Shown piece after piece: positions 62,394 to 64,000 of a stretch of 64,000 bases of DNA (position 1 is the stretch's first letter; each line of letters starts with the position of its first letter). The DNA comes from an uncultured delta proteobacterium. GTDB taxonomy: Bacteria > Myxococcota_A > Polyangia > Polyangiales > B10-G4. The notes under the pieces were generated by a model. That model worked only from the letters and a program-made list of their open reading frames with translations, did not search any database and was not told the origin of the DNA. The position numbers and the translations under genes are program-made. The DNA lies in assembly GCA_963727445.1 (NCBI GenBank), contig CAVSGI010000009.1, positions 64,001 through 128,000 on the forward strand, in the 5' to 3' direction.

Positions 62394-64000
62394 ATGGCCG
62401 AGCTCGCGCCGGGAGTGACGATCGCCGGGCGCTATCGCATCGAACGAGCGCTGGGTGCGGGGGGCATGGGCTCGGTGCACCTGGCCACGCGGCTGTCGGA
62501 TGGCGAGCGGGTGGTCCTCAAGACGCTCCTCGCATCGTGGGCGGCGAATCCCTCGTCCCGGAAGCGCTTCGCGGTGGAGGCCGAAGCCGCGTCGCGCCTG
62601 AGCCATCCAGGGATCGTGCGGATCCTCGAGTGGGATGCCGACGCGGAGACGCCGTTTCTGGTGATGGAGCACGTCTCTGGGCGCACCCTGACAGAGCACA
62701 TCCGCGAGCCGGACCTCATGGCCGTCGGACGCGCCGTCGATCTGTTGCGCCAGCTCCTGGATGCCCTCGACACCGCACACGCGCAGGGGATCGTCCACCG
62801 TGACCTGAAGCCCGCGAACCTCATGATCACCGAGTCCACGGGCGGCGAGCGACTGAAGGTCCTCGACTTCGGCCTGGCGCGCATCCTCGACGACGAACGC
62901 CAGACGCGCTTGACGCGCACGGGCCAGGTCCTGGGCACGCCGGGCTTTTTGGCGCCCGAGCAGGCCAAGGGTGATCCGGTCGATGCGCGCACCGATCTCT
63001 GGGCCGTCGGGGTGATCGCCTACGTGATGCTCACGAAGCACCTTCCCTTTCAGGGCGAGGACACGAGCGAGCGCATCCTGGCGATGCTCACCCAGGCGCC
63101 GGTCCGGCTCTCTCACCACCGTCCCGACGTGAACGACGCGGTCGCGGCGGTGATCCATCGCAGCCTCGAAAAGGAGCCCGACCATCGCTTCCCGTCGGCC
63201 GCGGCGCTCGCCGATGCCCTCACGCGTGCGCTCGCCGGCGAAACCGTGACCACCGCCACCGTGCCCGGGCGCGCGCTCGCGCCGCCACCCACCATGCCCG
63301 GCACCGTGGCACACACCCACGCGCTTCCTTCTGCTGTGGTTCCGCCGACGATGCAGGCGTCGGCCGCGGCGCCCCCCTCCGCCGCGCGCCCGCGCCGGCG
63401 GGGTGGCGTGATGCCCTGGCTCGTGGCGACGCTGCTCCTCGTCGGCCTCGTCGGGCTGGGGTTGGGCGCCTTCGCCCTGCTTCGTCCGCCCGCGGAGGAG
63501 CCCGTCGCTGTCGCGCAGGTACCGCCATCGTCCCTCCCGCCGCTCGCCACCCCGACCACCGCCCAGGCGGAGGCCATGCTTCCGAGCACCGCGATGACGT
63601 TTGGAGTCGGAAGCGGAGGCGGGAACGGAGACGGGAACGGAAGCGCGAACGCGAACGCCGACATGAACGCCAACGCGAACGCGAACGCGAACGCCGACGC
63701 CAACCGAAGCCAGCCTCGCGACATCCACGCTTCGGGCCGTTTCCGAGCCCGGGGCCGCGTCACCCTGATGTCGGATCGCGACCCGCCGCCGCCTCCCACG
63801 CGCGACCGGCGCCTCCGCGTCGGCTTGATCTCCAACCCTCACGGGATCCCCCGCGGGGATGCCAACCGCTGGGCACGGGCGAAGCAAGAGCTACTCGCCC
63901 CTTGCTTCGAGAGCTACACCGGCTCGACCCGCAACTTCGGCTTCGACGTCCTCTTCGACGACGAACGCGAGGAGGTCCACCGTGTGCGTGCGGGCGCGAT
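62394..64000 (+). CDS. Transmembrane Ser/Thr protein kinase, runs off the window
   Basis: Manual translation MAELAPGVTIAGRYRIERALGAGGMGSV, HRDLKPAN, DFGLA, GTPGFLAPE, TM MPWLVATLLLVGLVGLGLGAFALL; frame open to the end. Confidence 0.9.
   Translation, partial: MAELAPGVTIAGRYRIERALGAGGMGSVHLATRLSDGERVVLKTLLASWAANPSSRKRFAVEAEAASRLSHPGIVRILEWDADAETPFLVMEHVSGRTLTEHIREPDLMAVGRAVDLLRQLLDALDTAHAQGIVHRDLKPANLMITESTGGERLKVLDFGLARILDDERQTRLTRTGQVLGTPGFLAPEQAKGDPVDARTDLWAVGVIAYVMLTKHLPFQGEDTSERILAMLTQAPVRLSHHRPDVNDAVAAVIHRSLEKEPDHRFPSAAALADALTRALAGETVTTATVPGRALAPPPTMPGTVAHTHALPSAVVPPTMQASAAAPPSAARPRRRGGVMPWLVATLLLVGLVGLGLGAFALLRPPAEEPVAVAQVPPSSLPPLATPTTAQAEAMLPSTAMTFGVGSGGGNGDGNGSANANADMNANANANANADANRSQPRDIHASGRFRARGRVTLMSDRDPPPPPTRDRRLRVGLISNPHGIPRGDANRWARAKQELLAPCFESYTGSTRNFGFDVLFDDEREEVHRVRAGA
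63603..63703 (+). repeat. Degenerate hexamer tandem repeat encoding GNGDGNGS-(AN)n linker
   Basis: Units ggaagc/gggaac/gcgaac/gccgac in the extracellular linker of the kinase. Confidence 0.75.

Noticed and set aside
50903..63887. Long antisense ORFs (e.g. 50903..53104, 57315..60047, 61758..63887; also 16911..18788)
   Set aside because: Shadow frames of well-supported genes in high-GC DNA, with no recognisable motifs
1..64000. CRISPR arrays, tRNA/rRNA genes, transposases, prophage or defence islands
   Set aside because: No repeat-spacer arrays, RNA gene signatures or integrase/transposase motifs were seen by eye; a covariance-model scan could still find small RNAs

Overview
GC-rich (visually ~68%) bacterial DNA, very probably Myxococcota/Polyangiales-like (TIGR02266-type PilZ protein, MYXO-CTERM-like tail, several eukaryote-like Ser/Thr kinases, Cys-rich lipoproteins). 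In order, the window contains: (i) a putative RNA-repair operon (P-loop kinase-Thg1 fusion plus ATP-grasp protein) behind a leader-peptide attenuator; (ii) a flagellar regulatory module with no structural genes in view (sigma54 activator, truncated flhF, flhG, fliA, flgM), whose sigma28-type promoter recurs before c-di-GMP genes; (iii) diguanylate cyclases, a hybrid kinase and secreted peptidases; (iv) a co-oriented cluster PilZ-PilZ-GNAT-like protein / flavin-dependent halogenase / fatty-acid desaturase / V4R-type sensor kinase, the best candidate for an undescribed system (c-di-GMP-gated synthesis and sensing of a halogenated lipid-like signal); (v) a group 1h (high-affinity) [NiFe]-hydrogenase with hypABCDEF, interleaved with about ten two-component genes; (vi) ppsA, lipid-related genes, a CpaM-like methyltransferase plus HgcAB-like fusion, lipoproteins and Ser/Thr kinases. 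Five apparent +1 frameshifts all read GATTC where GATC restores the gene, which suggests a systematic sequencing error at modified GATC sites. No rRNA, tRNA, CRISPR array or transposase was recognised. All assignments come from motif reading by eye; no database searches were run.
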